64,000 nt of DNA from NCBI GenBank assembly GCA_951406725.2, contig OX597834.1, positions 43,772,001-43,836,000 on the forward strand, given 5' to 3'. Positions 1 through 15,348 of the stretch are shown here, piece by piece. The position numbers and the translations under genes were made by a program. The notes under the pieces are model-generated. The model had not been told where the DNA came from. It did no database searches and saw nothing but the letters and a program-made list of their open reading frames with translations. This DNA comes from Octopus vulgaris (Eukaryota). Numbering within the stretch: position 1 is the first letter of the stretch; each line of letters starts with the position of its first letter.

Positions 1-49
<49 letters not shown>

Positions 50-519
50 TATTTCAAGATCTCTTGACAGTAGAGTAAGAACTGGTTTCTAACCGCGATT
101 CCAAGGCTCCTTCATTGGAATTTCATCAACATCAATTAATTTTGCATGTATATATCGTTGCTATTATGTTAAACTGTCGTATGTCCATATACATTTTTTT
201 CTCAACGCTTTCTATATTTTTATTCCAGTTTATATATTTTTATATATTAAGTCTAATCGTGTTTATCTGCTCCACTACACACACACATATAAGCCTACAC
301 CTATATATATATGTATGTATATATTATGTAAATATATGCATGTGTGCTCGAAATGAGGAGTAAACAGACAGCCGACAACTGATGAAGGGTCGTTCTTTAT
401 GTTACTTGTCCTATTTTCCATTTTTCTCTCGTTCTTTACGTATTTAACTCGTTTATTTTCGTACTTCATGTTGTTTACACAGTTGGTGACGTCCAGTACC
501 CATATATGCATAATTATAT

Positions 520-855
520 GAAGGCGTATGGCTTAGTACTTAGAGCATCGAGCTTACGATCGTGGGGTTGTGAGTTCGAATCCCGGACCAGGCTGCGTGT
601 TGTGTTCTTGAGCAAGACACTTTATTTCACGTTGCTCCAGTTCACTCAGCTGTAGAAATGAGTTGCGACGTCACTAGTACTAAGCTGTATCAGCCCCTTT
701 GCCTTTCCCTTGGATAACACTGGTGCCGTGGAGAGGGGAGGCTGGTATGCATGGGCGACTGCTGGCCTTCCATAAACAACCTTGCTCGGACTTGTGCCTG
801 GGAGGGTAACTTTCTAGGTGCAATCCCATGGTCAGTTATGACCGAAGGGGTTCTC
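520..855 (+). mobile_element. tRNA-derived SINE, head B + tail type 1
   Basis: A-box-like TGGCTTAGT (529), B-box GAGTTCGAATCC, central TTCTTGAGCAAGACACTTTATTTCACGTTGCTCCAGT block shared with copies at 5255, 35405, 56344, 56727. Confidence 0.85.
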
Positions 856-896
856 AGCATGTATATATATATATATATATATACATCATTTATTAT

Positions 897-939
<43 letters not shown>

Positions 940-1829
940 ATACCTATGTGTATGTGAGTATGAATGTCCTAAAACGGCCTCGTTTCCATAGAGCCAGTGC
1001 TTACCTTTTATTCTTATCCTTCTCCTGTTTTCGATTTTCTCCTTATTTTATTATTTCGCTTCTGAACGTTTGGTAAATCTTGGTCGTCGTCTGCAGAGCT
1101 AAAACGGGAAGCAACATCAATAATAACCGAGTTGACAAACACTAACTTAACACACATACATAACTTCATAAAAACGAGAGCCGACAACGTCTCGACCGCG
1201 TATGTAATACAATATAATATTATTGCTGTAAAGTACTCAACATCACAACAGATCTATCATCAAAACGATTCTATTTGTTGACGGTGTCGTTTTGTCTGTA
1301 GTTGGCTCTCGTTGTTGGTTGTCGTCTGCCGGTAGGGGTGGTTGTCGGCTGGCGGAAGATCTTTCATAGTGGAACATCTAGTAGAACGAAAACAAAAAAA
1401 ACAAAAATTCCTGTCCAACCAAAGCTAAGTCTCTCACGAAATATTTAATGAAACAAAACCATTTTACGCCATTCGCTTTTCCTGTTCCCAAAAGTAATTT
1501 TCTCGACTGAAAAAGCTGATAAAGAGACGAGAGTTTGGATGGTAGATTCTTGTTTAAAATAACATTCTACTCGTCGGCATTATCGCCGTTATCACTTGTA
1601 ATGCTGACAATAGAACCAGGTGACGTGTTACCAGTTCTGTAAATATTGAAACTGACACAAACTCTCTCTTGTTTTCCTGATTCTACGTTTGCTAACTTGA
1701 TTACTTTCAGATAGCAATCGGAAATATGTTCAAAAGGGACCATCACTCAGACACGACCGCCGTTTGCTTTTCTTTCGCTTTGATTTCGTTCGGTTTTGGT
1801 TTTGAGACAATCAGACGATTATTTATCTT

Positions 1830-2023
1830 ATTGTTGTTATTGTTGTTGCTGTTGTTTTTAGTGGTAGTGGTGGTGGTGGTGGTGGTGGTGGTGGCGGCGG
1901 TGGTAGTGGCGTTGGAGATTTCGGTGGTTGTGGTTCTGGTAGAAGTGGAGTTATCAGTGGTTGCGGTCGTGGCGGTGGAAGTGATGGCGGCGGTTGCGGT
2001 GGCGGTGTTGTTGTTGTTGTTGC

Positions 2024-2054
<31 letters not shown>

Positions 2055-2233
2055 GGTGGTTTTGGTTGTTATTGCGGTGCTGCAGGTTGCAATGGTGATG
2101 GAAAGTAAAAATATTGATTCTGACGATGTTAATGATGATGATGACGTCGATGGTGCTTGAGTCGAGGATGATGATGATGATGACGACGATGATGATGATA
2201 ATGGTGATGATGACGATGATGATGATGATCATT

Positions 2234-2267
<34 letters not shown>

Positions 2268-2547
2268 CAGCAGTATAATGGTGGTAGCAGTGCTAAAAGG
2301 GTTGGCTGTTGTTGTTGTGGTGGTGGTGGTGGTGGTGTTGGTGTTGGAGGGCGTGATAGAGACCGTGATAGAGTGGTGGTGGTGGCGGTGGGAAATGTTA
2401 ATTTTCGTGGTTTATTGCCAAACTGTTGCTGTTGATTGTTATCACGATGGTGTTCGAAATGTACTTACTCTGCTGGTTATTACAGGAATAATACGATGAT
2501 GATGATAATGATGACGATTATGATGGCGGTAGTGGTGATGATGATCG

Positions 2548-2583
<36 letters not shown>

Positions 2584-2589
2584 CGATGG

Positions 2590-2658
<69 letters not shown>

Positions 2659-2676
2659 CGATGCTGCTGCTGCTGC

Positions 2677-2759
<83 letters not shown>

Positions 2760-2762
2760 GTT

Positions 2763-2807
<45 letters not shown>

Positions 2808-2820
2808 GTGATGATGATGG

Positions 2821-2852
<32 letters not shown>

Positions 2853-2872
2853 TTTGGTGGTGGCGCTGGTTG
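1830..2872. repeat. compound trinucleotide microsatellite (TTG/GTG/GAT)n
   Basis: directly visible; source of the poly-V/M/H/D ORFs. Confidence 0.97.
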
Positions 2873-3239
2873 CGGTTGCTTTTTGTGTTAGAACTGCAAC
2901 GATGGTTGTAACAAGGGTTGAGGTGACAGAAGTAAATTTCCCAAACTTTATACAAACGCAACGAAACACAAATGTTACGCACCACTTTCAACATCCACAC
3001 ACACACAAACGCACTCACACTCACACACACGCATACAATCACATACACATAGACTCGCAAACGTGTATGCATATGTTATTTGCTATATAACTGTTTGTGT
3101 GTATGCGTGTGTATATCTAATCGTTTTTGACAACTAGTGTTTATATCTAGCTATGTATATATATACATATATATATTTACAGATACAGGAATCTAGTTTT
3201 GGGTGTTTCTGTGGGATATACATATTTACATACATACAC

Positions 3240-3306
<67 letters not shown>

Positions 3307-3424
3307 TGTGTATACATATGAGCTACAGCTATGTGTCAGAGTGCTCATGTAAACGTAATTATAATTAGAAAATGTTTATGCAACATGTGCTTCTTTCTCC
3401 CTAAGTATTACTCTATTTATTCCC

Positions 3425-3477
<53 letters not shown>

Positions 3478-3579
3478 TTCTATCACTCTCCGATATATAT
3501 ATATATATATTATGTATGTATGTATATATGTCTGCGTATGCATATGCACACATACAGCACACAAACACGCATATATGTA

Positions 3580-3680
<101 letters not shown>

Positions 3681-4569
3681 TATATGTACGTATGTGTTCT
3701 TTTGAAGCACATACATGCACGCACAGACGCTTGTATCTAAATGCATATATGTACACACTCACACACACATATATATGCGTGTGTGTAATTGTACGTATAC
3801 ACACACATGCCTACGTATGTACGTATGTATGTATGTATGTATGTATGTACCCATGCGCATACGCAATATGTAAAGTTAGAAATTGTACGTGTAGAATAAT
3901 ATTGAAAGATCAGTTTTGTAGACAAGGTAACACAGAACCTTGCTATATTTAACTACGTACGGGATTTGAACAAGTTATATATATATGAAAGACATTTTAA
4001 ATGAAAAGTTTCGGCAGTACACCCTAACACAGAAACACACATCCAAATATATACACACATACATACATACATACATACAAACATACATACATACAAACAT
4101 ACATACAAACATACATACATACATACATGCATGCATACATACATACATACATACATGCATGCATACATACATAACATACATACATATATACATGCATACA
4201 TATATATATATATATATATATATACATAGATACATACATATACATGTGTATATATGTTTTACGCTAACCTACGGAGGCTTCCCATACATACGAAGTTGAA
4301 ATTATACTTAAAGACACACGGATACGTTTGTTTAAACACTTTTATATAAACATACGCGGAAAGATATTTATTAAGAGTATACATTCGCTGTGTTTATAAT
4401 CGATCATGTTGTGAACAAACAAGAATGAATTACAATACAATATAATATATATAAGTGTGTGTGTATGTTCTTGTATGTGCGTATGTATAAACATACAACT
4501 GTGATGAATAGATATAGACGAAAGATTACTTTCAAGTACGCATACACAAAGGACCGCCATTACACGTAA

Positions 4570-4625
<56 letters not shown>

Positions 4626-4986
4626 TCTGCTTCTGTCGACTTTCAGGCGGCGCGCTGACAGACGTTTCGTGTAAGCCTTTAATTATAAGATTTACTTGGT
4701 GTTGGTCTGTGATTATATGTTTCAGTTCTTCTAACATTGCGAATCGCTGCAGCTTAAATGAATTGAGAGATCATTGCATTTTACCCTCTCGTCCGTCCTT
4801 AACGTGCAATCAATGCTAACATTATGGTGGGCATTCACAGCCTCGAAGAATCCTCACGCCTCGAAGAATCTAGATTGTTTTCAGGCCAGGAAGTAGTTTG
4901 TTAAATTCCTAGTTACGTCCAAATTGAGTTCTTGCGAAAGCTGTTTCAGGACTCGTGAAGTATATTTGCCACTTAAATGTGGCTAA

Positions 4987-5131
4987 CCCTTAAGACTGGA
5001 TGCTGCTGTAGCTTGTAGATCCAGGAGGACACCTCCTCCAGTTGGCTATTGACATACTTTCTGTGCCCTATCAGTATTTGCAAAGGGATGCCATCCGGGC
5101 TACAAGCTACAGTAGCATCTACCCTTTGAGG
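4987..5131. mobile_element. ~145 bp MITE-like element with long imperfect terminal inverted repeats
   Basis: GATGCTGCTGTAGCTTGTAG (4999) is the near reverse complement of CTACAAGCTACAGTAGCATC (5100-5119); similarity extends outward to CCCT.../...GAGG. Confidence 0.65.
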
Positions 5132-5254
5132 CTTTGATATTACAAACGTTTCCCCTTCTCGGGTGGACGTTCCTTCGTTGGGTCATTTGTTTTAAAGTAG
5201 AAATCAAGGGCATTTTCCTCCTTCTCTTTAGAGCAGTTCTTCTCATTAACTCAT

Positions 5255-5632
5255 GAAGGTGCGTGGCTCAGTGGTTCGGGCGGGCATTTAGCTCCCGATC
5301 TTAAGGTCGTGAGTTCGATATCCGACGGCCGGTTATGCCACAAATCAAGGCTATTTAATTCACGTGGCTCCAGTCCCCTCAACTTGCAACAATTAGTTAG
5401 TTAGTTAATTTTTTGGCTCAAAAAACAAAAAGCAAGGCCATGTAGGGGGACATGGAGTTATGTACAGGGTGGTGTTCATGTAAAAAGTTTTACCTGTATT
5501 TCAAATGGCCAGATCTATCATAAATCTCCCCGAGAATTACATTAAGGGTACGCGTGATTGAGGAGTACTCAGCCACTTGTGTGTGAATTTAATGAGCAGG
5601 CTGTTCCGTTGATCGGATCAAGCGGAACCTCA
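5255..5632 (+). mobile_element. SINE head B + tail A, interrupted by a ~95 bp insert (about 5395-5490)
   Basis: GAAGGTGCGTGGCTCAGTGG...GAGTTCGATATCC head; tail ACCTGTATTTCAAA...GTTGATCGGATCAA matches 10736 copy. Confidence 0.8.
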
Positions 5633-6046
5633 TCTAATCCTTTCTCTTATTCACTTTTCTTTTACAGCGACGCCCTCTTGAGCTTTACAGAAATATCTCT
5701 GTGGTATAGAAAGTCACATTAACATCACATCTAACACACACACACACACACACACACAGCATACTTCCTGGGTGCTTGTGACGCTTCAAACTGTTTTATA
5801 AAGCAAATGGTAACAGCGATTGATCAGCGAGTGCCGGTTACTTCTCTGAGACGCAGTCAATAAACCATGAAACGGTTTTTTGTGCGTCCTACATGAAGAG
5901 CAGAGAAACAATCTTTAGCGCTTTCTTATTTCAACCACGTTGAAGATCTGTAATGCTTAAATTTGTTTCCGTTCATCTCATTCATTATGTGTATGTATAT
6001 AGATATATATATATGTGTGTACTTATAGTATATAAAGATATAAATG

Positions 6047-6136
<90 letters not shown>

Positions 6137-6936
6137 GACAGACAGACAGACAAAGAGGAGATAGAGAGAGAATAGAGGTATATATGTGTGTGTATGTATA
6201 TACAGACATACACACACATACACACACACATATATACACGAACATATACATAGACATACTTATGTAAGTACGCATTTATGTATGTACATGTACATATGTA
6301 CGTATACAAGTACACACATAAATATTAGCATATATTTTTCGTCTTTACGTGAATATATATATACATATATATATACATTCATACGGATATTCATGCCATT
6401 CATACATAAATACATACATAAATGTGTGTGTGTGTGTGTGTGTGTGAGTGTATATATATATATATATATATCTTTATATATGTATGTATATGTATGTATA
6501 TGTATGTATATATTTATATATACATATATATATATATATGTGTGTGTGTGTGCGTGGGTATATATATATATATATACGGGTGGGGTGTTTTACAGTGAGT
6601 GCATGGCTGTTTATATTTAATTCGCGATCTGCTCCTCTTCTGCGTTTGTCAATTCCCATAGTTGTCATGTTTTTTCTTTCTCCTTTTCCTCTATTAAACT
6701 CTCTGCACCGCCGCCTGCCATGGCACCGTGCTTCACTGTCATTCACATATGGTCAATATCAATCACGACAAACATTCGACCTTTTCACCTGATGCTTACA
6801 CGCTTCCATACTGACATACATATACATATATATCTGTATGCCACACACAAACACATACACAAGTGCGCTCGCACACACATACACACATACACGCACACAT
6901 GTATTTATGTGTGTGTCTGCGTATATATATATTTAT

Positions 6937-7028
<92 letters not shown>

Positions 7029-7040
7029 TTAGATAGATAG
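6937..7040. repeat. (GATA)n microsatellite
   Basis: directly visible. Confidence 0.97.
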
Positions 7041-7115
7041 CAATATAAGGACACACAGAGACATACATAGATACACATATACGCACGCACACACACATAC
7101 ACATATATGTATATA

Positions 7116-7164
<49 letters not shown>

Positions 7165-7542
7165 CATACTAGTATATGCATTGTACTTACATACATGGGT
7201 CCTGTATTTATAAACTTTTGTCTCAAGCTTGGAAACCATAATGGCAATATAAATAACTCCTCGACTTTAGACATCTTCGAGGGAAAGAGAGAAAGAGACA
7301 GAGAGAGTGAGGAAGTGGCCATTGGTGTGTTTGTGTTGTTGTTGTTGTTGTTGTTGTTTTGTATGTTTTTGGCTTCGTTTTCTTTTCGCTTATGTCGTAA
7401 GGTTTCTGCAGAGGACCAAGACGAATGGACTAAAGGGGCTTTTTGAGGATTACAAACTGGATTGTGTGTAAGAGACGTGTGATCCATTAAATGTGTCTAT
7501 ATACATATAAATGTGCATGATGTATAATACATACATAAATGC

Positions 7543-7629
<87 letters not shown>

Positions 7630-7657
7630 CATATATATATATATGTATATACATATA

Positions 7658-7698
<41 letters not shown>

Positions 7699-7702
7699 AC
7701 AT

Positions 7703-7768
<66 letters not shown>

Positions 7769-8149
7769 TGATGTGACACAAAGAGATCGAAACAGCGGTG
7801 TCTCAAAGTCCACTTTATATTCGCAAATCGGGTCTAGTTTGTTGTGAATTCATTCGCGACTTCAGATTTACTTAGTTTTGGTTTGGCAGTGGTAAAATCT
7901 GTTTCCCATATAATCACTTCAAAATTACATGATTGTTCTTTGTGTCATGAATTTCTATTTTTATTATACGCAATCATTCTAAGTTAATTTGATTGGTTCA
8001 CATGTTATTAAAACTCATCGTATTGTGTGGACAGCTATAATTAAGTTGAAGCTGTTTTATACGATTTTTGTAGAGATGGCTGAGGGAGGTATCTTATTAA
8101 TGTAACGTCAACGAGCTGCGATCAGACATTGTTGCAGCATCTTTTTTAT

Positions 8150-9335
8150 TGCTTGGTCCCAAAATAACTGTCCTAATTATTGTAACCTAACTATCGCATA
8201 TTTATTGGACAATTCTTATCAACATAAAAGTACGCAGTATATAGAATAGAAAACGCATATTCATAAATATGTTTCTCATCCACACACGGCTTCAAAAATC
8301 TAATTAATAACAAACAATCGCTAGCCCCTCGTCACATAAAGTAATCTTCAATAAAACGCAAGATTAAAACACTGAAACACCAGAGGCAAATGGACTCAAA
8401 GAAAATTACATATTCCCCTATCCTCACAGCCAACCAATATTAGCAACCGTCGCTGCTGCGCATCTGATTGCATCTCCTTTTTCATTAAACATCCCTAGCC
8501 TCAATTAAAAAGAAGACATTTCTTGCAGATACAGATAATTATTCAGTAGAAAATATCTGAAACAGTGACTCAGTTGGACTTCAAATAAAAGAATTAAACA
8601 ATGTGTAAGCCGACTGCGTTAGCAGGGTCTAACTCACTCCGATTTTAAGTAATCGTGCTGCGTTTAAGCAATTATAAATGAAACAGAAGCCATCTCTATA
8701 AGACCAAATATTAACACCAGGTGTAAATAATACAAAGTATGGTTAATGATTAATTTCAACAACAATATCTCAACTATGTTTGTTATATCAGTAATACAGA
8801 AAAGATGAATACAACAACACAGTCCAGTTATATCTGGAACTTGAAAAAAACGCTACCGGTTTCAACGTAACCTCGGAAAATGACGTAGTCTCTACGGATA
8901 TAGGACAACATTTTGCGGATTACCGTAGCTACGAAGAGCTTCAAATTATTCTTGCATGTTCATTCCCATGAAGCAGGGGAGAGGAGTATTTAACAATAAA
9001 CTAGAAACAACCATGCTCCTTAACTTTTCCTCTTCAGTTTTTGCCCAATAATAAAATATTCCCATCTCACTAGATTTTATAATGATATACATTGCACTAT
9101 ATAACTTTTCGCACTCATTTCTAATCAGTTGTAACAACACTTTGTGAGTCACTTTTTAATGTCTTCGTTTTCTAATATACTTTTCTGTATTCATAAATAT
9201 CCTGGGAAATAATTCTCCCCTAACAATATGCATGTAACGAATTATATCGCTTGCAAATTTTCAGACCTATGACATAATACCAGAAATGTCCAAATATAGC
9301 CAGGTTATGTTACGAACTGATTTGGTTAATGGAAT
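8150..9335 (+). mobile_element. highly decayed Gypsy/Ty3 LTR-retrotransposon pol relic
   Basis: motif remnants in pol order: frameshifted AYL-D-ILI (8196, RT YxDD region), PYPHSQPILATVA (~8416, RNase H start), NNV*ADCVSR (~8597, RNase H end), EMSKYSQVMLRTDLV (~9283, integrase C-terminus). Confidence 0.5.
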
Positions 9336-9828
9336 TATGATTGCTTGTGATATACTAAGAGTTCGTCTCTACTGAACACTTTATTATCGCTAACAGAACA
9401 TATTTTATTAAATTGAATTATATCATATTATATTTTATATATGCATGTAAATATGCATATAGGTATTCATATATCATACGTACATCCATGCATATATGTC
9501 AGAGGGTATAGAAAAGAATAGAAAATCTATTATAAAGTGAAAAAATATATGTGCTTGTGTTTGGATATCGACTATACATGATATACGAATGGGAAATTTA
9601 AATACAAGCGAACAGACAAATACACAGATCACACTCAGACATATTTGCTCTCTCATACGCACGCTCACACATGCGGGATAATATGGATATATTTCTGTTC
9701 GTTACGTATATGTATGTGGATGAGAAGAAAAGAAATATGGCGAAATTCAATGCAACTCAATATTTCTATAATCTATGAGAAATAAGGCATTTCGTTAACA
9801 GATAAGAATGAATGAACGAACGAATAGA

Positions 9829-9867
<39 letters not shown>

Positions 9868-9943
9868 ATAGGCCAAAGACGGAGTTCTGATTAATTCCAG
9901 AGATAAAAAGGGAAATAAAGGGCTGAAATAATTTTTGAAGAAA

Positions 9944-10045
<102 letters not shown>

Positions 10046-10735
10046 CGAAACAAAAATAAAGGAAAAAATACAACTAGAATAACGAAGACAACGAATGTTG
10101 GAGAATCTCGTCAACAGAACAAAACAGCGGCACCGAACCATCGAAGCATCACTCATAACCATCAGCAGGGACCGCAAAAGAATGGCGAACAAAAGGGTGA
10201 CGTATAAGGGAGACAATTCAGTGGAAGAAGAGAGAGAAAAAAAAAGATGATTAAATTAATTGCATTTTATTTCTACATGACTTATTTTATGTAATTAGCT
10301 ATATTAGTTCTTCTTCTCCTGCTGCTGCTGCTGCTGCTGCTGTTGGGTTCTTGTACTGCTGCTGCTGCCGCTGCCGCTGTTCCTGTTTCTTCCCAGCCAT
10401 CACCCCCCCCCCCCGCCATGTGAGTCGACAAATTGAAAAATGCTGCTCTCGTAAGTTGTTTAGCTGGAGAGAGAAAGCGAGCAAATATCGAAGCCTGTTA
10501 ATTTAATTCATGCTATTTATTTAATGTTATTGAAACTCCATAGGAAAAGAAGATGTGATTCTTTCATTAATTAGTTTTTTGTCTTTTGTTCTTTGTTTTT
10601 TGGTTTTTTTTTGCTTTTTTTTTCTTCTCGCCGTCTTCTAAAGATTCCTGACATTAGTACAAGACCATAAAATTAAAAGAAAGGATTGCTGACAAAATGG
10701 ACTCTAGCACCTCACTGCTATATATTTCATCAGTA

Positions 10736-11112
10736 GAGGCGCAATGGATCGGTGGTTATGGCAGCGAACTCGCGGTCGTGGGATCGCGGTTTCGATTCCC
10801 AGACCGGGCGTTGTGAGTGTTTATTGAACGAAAAAAAACTAAAGTTCCTAGAGGCTCTGGCAGTGGGGGTAACGAACCCTGCCGTACTCTTTCAACACCA
10901 CTTTCTCTCACTCTTTCTCCCTGTTTCTGCTGTACCTGTATTTCAAAGGGACAGCCTTTCCACACCCTGTGTCACGCTGAATCTCTCCGAGAACTACGTT
11001 AAGGGTACGCGTGTCTGTGGAGTGCTCAGCCACTTGCACGTTAATTTCATGAGCAGGCTGTTCTGTTGATCGGATCAACTGGAACCCTCGTCGTCGTAAC
11101 CGATGGAGTGCC
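10736..11112 (+). mobile_element. tRNA-derived SINE family A, full length (head A + tail A)
   Basis: GGCGCAATGG...GGTTTCGATTCCCAGACCGGGCG head; ends GTCGTAACCGATGGAGTGCC; homologous to 30563-30930. Confidence 0.9.
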
Positions 11113-11834
11113 GCGGAAAGGTCTGAGTGACACCGACAGAGAAAGTTAAACTCGGAGTGTCAAGACAAGAAATAGCGATTTATATTTATTCTTTTGGTTC
11201 TTCTCATCTGGCTTCTGTTTTGTAGGTTATGTTATCTCGAAGACAACATTAACAGGACATGCTTAGAGTATCTTGAGTCGAATCCCCGTGTATTACAGCT
11301 ATTTCCATGTCAACAGCACTCAGAGAAAATTGTGATATTTTGTTTTGCTAAAATATAAAATTAACAGATTGCACTAAATTTGATTGTTTCTGTTTTAATT
11401 TGTACTGGAATGAGGCATGATTTGAGTTACGCTGTCTTATGAACCAGATATTTATAATAACATCAAAACCACCACCACCAACAACAACAACAACAACAAC
11501 AACAATAATAATAATAATGAGGAGAATAATAATAATAATAATGATATTAGTAAACTATTGGCGAGAGGAATGACAGCTTCCTTGTAAAGATGTATTTTGG
11601 TTGTTAATAATTATAGTGAAAGAACCGGCACTTACAGATTTTATGGTGGACGCATTTCTATCGCCATCTTAGACATTAACGATAGCTGTTTATATCATAC
11701 ACACACACATATGTATATATAAATATAGCACAAATATATACATGTATATATACATATATGTGTGTATGCATGTATGTACATGCATATATATATATAAATT
11801 ATTAGATAGATACATGTATATGTATAGGTATATG

Positions 11835-11892
<58 letters not shown>

Positions 11893-13143
11893 TAAATAGA
11901 TAGATAGATTATATATATATATATGCATATAATATACATTAATATGAATATACGTATGACTATGTATAACTATATATATGTGTATGTATTCATGTACGTA
12001 CATAAATCTAGTTATATATAAATATAGATATATACATACATACATACATAAAAGTTCACAAACACAAACACAAGCAGATATATGCATGTATGTATGTATG
12101 TATGTATGTATTTATGTAGGTATGTAGGTAAGTAGACGAAAGGTAGGTAGGTAGGTAGGTCTGTATGGAATCATGTATATATTTGTATATGACTACATTA
12201 ATAATCGCATGTATCGCTGTATGTAATGCATGTACCTATATGTGTGTGTTTGTGTGCGCACGGGCACATGTCTTTAAGAGGAGCGAAACCAACACAATCC
12301 AAGCAATATATAAAAGTTTTAATGCCATCCATTTGGCCTGACACCTGACATTATCGGTCACGTCCGACGGTTTGTCAACCTGGATGCAGTCTCATTTGCT
12401 AAAGTCTTGTAAACCTAAAAACAAACACGCATACATGTGTGTGTGTGTATATCTATATATATATATATATATACATTTAGATATATAGATATGTACGTAC
12501 GTATATATTCATGTGTGTATGTGCATATATATGTGTCTATGTATGTATATATATATATGTGTGTGTGTGTGTGTATCTGTGTGTGTGTATGTGTATCTGT
12601 GTGTGCGTGTGTGTGTGTGTTTGTGTGTATATGAATATATATATATATATGTATATATATTACACAAATATATTTATAAACATTCTATGCTCGCAAGTAT
12701 ACACATTCTTGCCTTCTTACATCCGCATGTATATACATACATATATATCTAAAACGAGTGTGTGTGTGTCTATGTGTGTATATATGCATTCATATATAAT
12801 CCTGTACACGTGTATGATATCGAATGATGCGTTATCATATCTACGTAACTGTATGCATATTTCCCTGTCATACGCAGATCTCAATATGCACAATGTAGTA
12901 CTGCAATCATGCACCGATGTGATTTGATTGATCTACATGCAAATATCCATAGCATACATACATACATACCTTAATAGGTTGACGCATATATGTATATGTC
13001 TATACATATATTCTTATTTATATATGCGAATACACAAACCATTATAAGTATATATATGTATATATATTATATATATGTATGTATATATGTATGTATATAT
13101 GTGTGTGTATGCTTATGTGTATGTACATTTATATATGTATGTA

Positions 13144-13221
<78 letters not shown>

Positions 13222-14390
13222 TATATATATATATATATATATTTATATATTATATATATATATTTATATGTGTGTGTGTGTAGTTACATATATATATATA
13301 TATATATATATTGTAACATTTGTATGGACATTCATATACTTACATATACACTTACGTACATACACACTCACATTCACAGAAGTACATGATACACACATAT
13401 TCACCTATTCATGTAGTTTTAGGGAAATAATGGTAAAGTGAAGGGTGCCTACTTTTCTCATCCGCCTGATTAAAAATCTATGTAACCAAAATACCTTTTA
13501 TCATTATTATATCTCCTCCTCTTCTTCCTCCTCTTTCTCCTCCTTCTTCTCTTCCCCCTCGTTGCAAATAAAGAAATCATTATTGTTGTATTTTTTGGCG
13601 TTTTTTTGTGGTTTTGTTCTACGATTTTTTTTCGTTTTTTTTTTGTTTTTTTGGTATTTCCATTTTATCTTATTGCCATCACTAACACCAATTCCATCTA
13701 CCACCGGAGCGAGATTTTAAAGAAATTTTTGGTCCATTTTACCGCCTACTCCGAACACAGAAGAAGAAAAAAAAATGATAATCCAGAAAGACATTGCATC
13801 AAAATAGCTTCTAAAACCATTTGAGTCCATCAATATACAAAGACGACATACAGTAAAATATTGTATGTGTCGACTCGAAGTGTCCTCTTATACAAGGTTA
13901 ATGCAACCACTTAGATTTTTGTCAATAATGGTCGATGTTCTAGTTAAGCTGAGTGGAGTTGACAAGTCTTCTATTCAGAGTTTCGAGTGGTAGTAACAAA
14001 AATATAGAAAAATCAAAAAGCACAAAAAAAAACAAGAACAATCTGATGTGGTGGGGGATGGGGAAATAAAATAATAAACCGAATGAAAATGTAATTACAT
14101 TAATCATTCTTTTGATATTATTTTTATATGCTGTTTTTCTACTTTATCTTATAGTTCCCTTTTCGCAAAAAGTGCTACACCTGACTCTCTCTCTTTCTCT
14201 CTCTCTCCCTCTATGTCTATCTATTGCCATCTATCTTTCGATCTACCTATCTAGTTATCGTCCCTCTCTGAATCTGTGGAAGGACACAGTTACAGGTGTC
14301 TACTGTACTTACGCAATAACGGCCATGGGAATAATAATATTCGATATACCGAAAACCATGGCTTGCGGTTTCAAATCTGTTGTAGATACT

Positions 14391-14748
14391 CTCTTTTACT
14401 CTTTTCTTTGTTTCAGTCCTTTGATTTTGGCCATGCTGGAGCATCGCCTTTAATCGAGCAAATCGAACCCAGGACTTATTCTTTGTAAGCCGAGTGCTTA
14501 TTCTATCGGTCTCTTTTGCCGAACCGCTAAGTTACGGGGACGTAAACACACCAGCATCGGTTGTCAAGTGATGTTGATGAGGACAAACACAGACACAAAA
14601 ATATATACACACACACATACACACACGCACATATATACATATACATATATACGACGAGCTTCTTTCAGTTTCCGTCTACCAAATCCACTCACAAGGCTCT
14701 GGTCGGCCCGAGCCTATAGTAGAACACACTTACCCAAAGTGCCACGCA
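14391..14748 (-). mobile_element. SINE family D (CORE-like, internal microsatellite), head missing
   Basis: reverse complement of 55629-56120 body and tail; abuts a head-B fragment at 14750-14825. Confidence 0.85.
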
Positions 14749-14946
14749 ACGCGAAATGAAGTGCTTTGCTCAAGGGTTACACCGCGTCGGCAAGAATTGA
14801 ACTCATGGCCTTAATACTGTGAGCTTATATGATTATATAAATGTCTGTTAAATATCTAGAAATACGTTAATATAATTTGGGATTGCTTTATTTATATTGT
14901 GACACGGTATGCTCGATTTGGCCGTTATTTTTCAACACCAGCACCG

Positions 14947-14997
14947 TCAAACTAACAGCACACACATATTCAAACTAACACCACACACAGACACACA

Positions 14998-15057
<60 letters not shown>

Positions 15058-15348
15058 TACACACACTGAAACAAACAACACACACACACACTCTCAAACT
15101 AACAACACACACTCAAAGTAAAATTACACACGCTTAAACTAATAACAACACACATACTCAAACTAGCAATACACACATACTCGAACTGACAATACACATA
15201 CACCCAAACTACAGCGCGCACACACACATCAAACTAGCAACAAACACATTCTTAAACTAACAACACATATACACTCGAACTACAGCGCACACATACACTC
15301 AAGCTAACAACACACACACACACACACAATCAAACTAACAACACAACG
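14947..15348 (+). repeat. degenerate ~21-25 bp minisatellite, consensus ~TCAAACTAACAACACACACATAC
   Basis: roughly a dozen or more imperfect units visible, interrupted by (TC)n(CA)n at ~15000-15070. Confidence 0.8.

Noticed and set aside
345-410. CTGATGA at 379 with upstream GAAA (hammerhead?)
   Set aside because: No credible stems I or III in either topology.
1567-1743. 58 aa minus-strand ORF / acceptor-like sites near 1640 and 1710
   Set aside because: No recognisable domain or convincing donor-acceptor pair.
12290-12416. Minus-strand acceptor TGTTTTTAG|G in a unique island
   Set aside because: All frames stop quickly and there is no good donor.
13701-13778. PPERDFKEIFGPFYR resembles a histidine-kinase motif
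   Set aside because: Short, isolated, ends in an A-run and stop; chance similarity.
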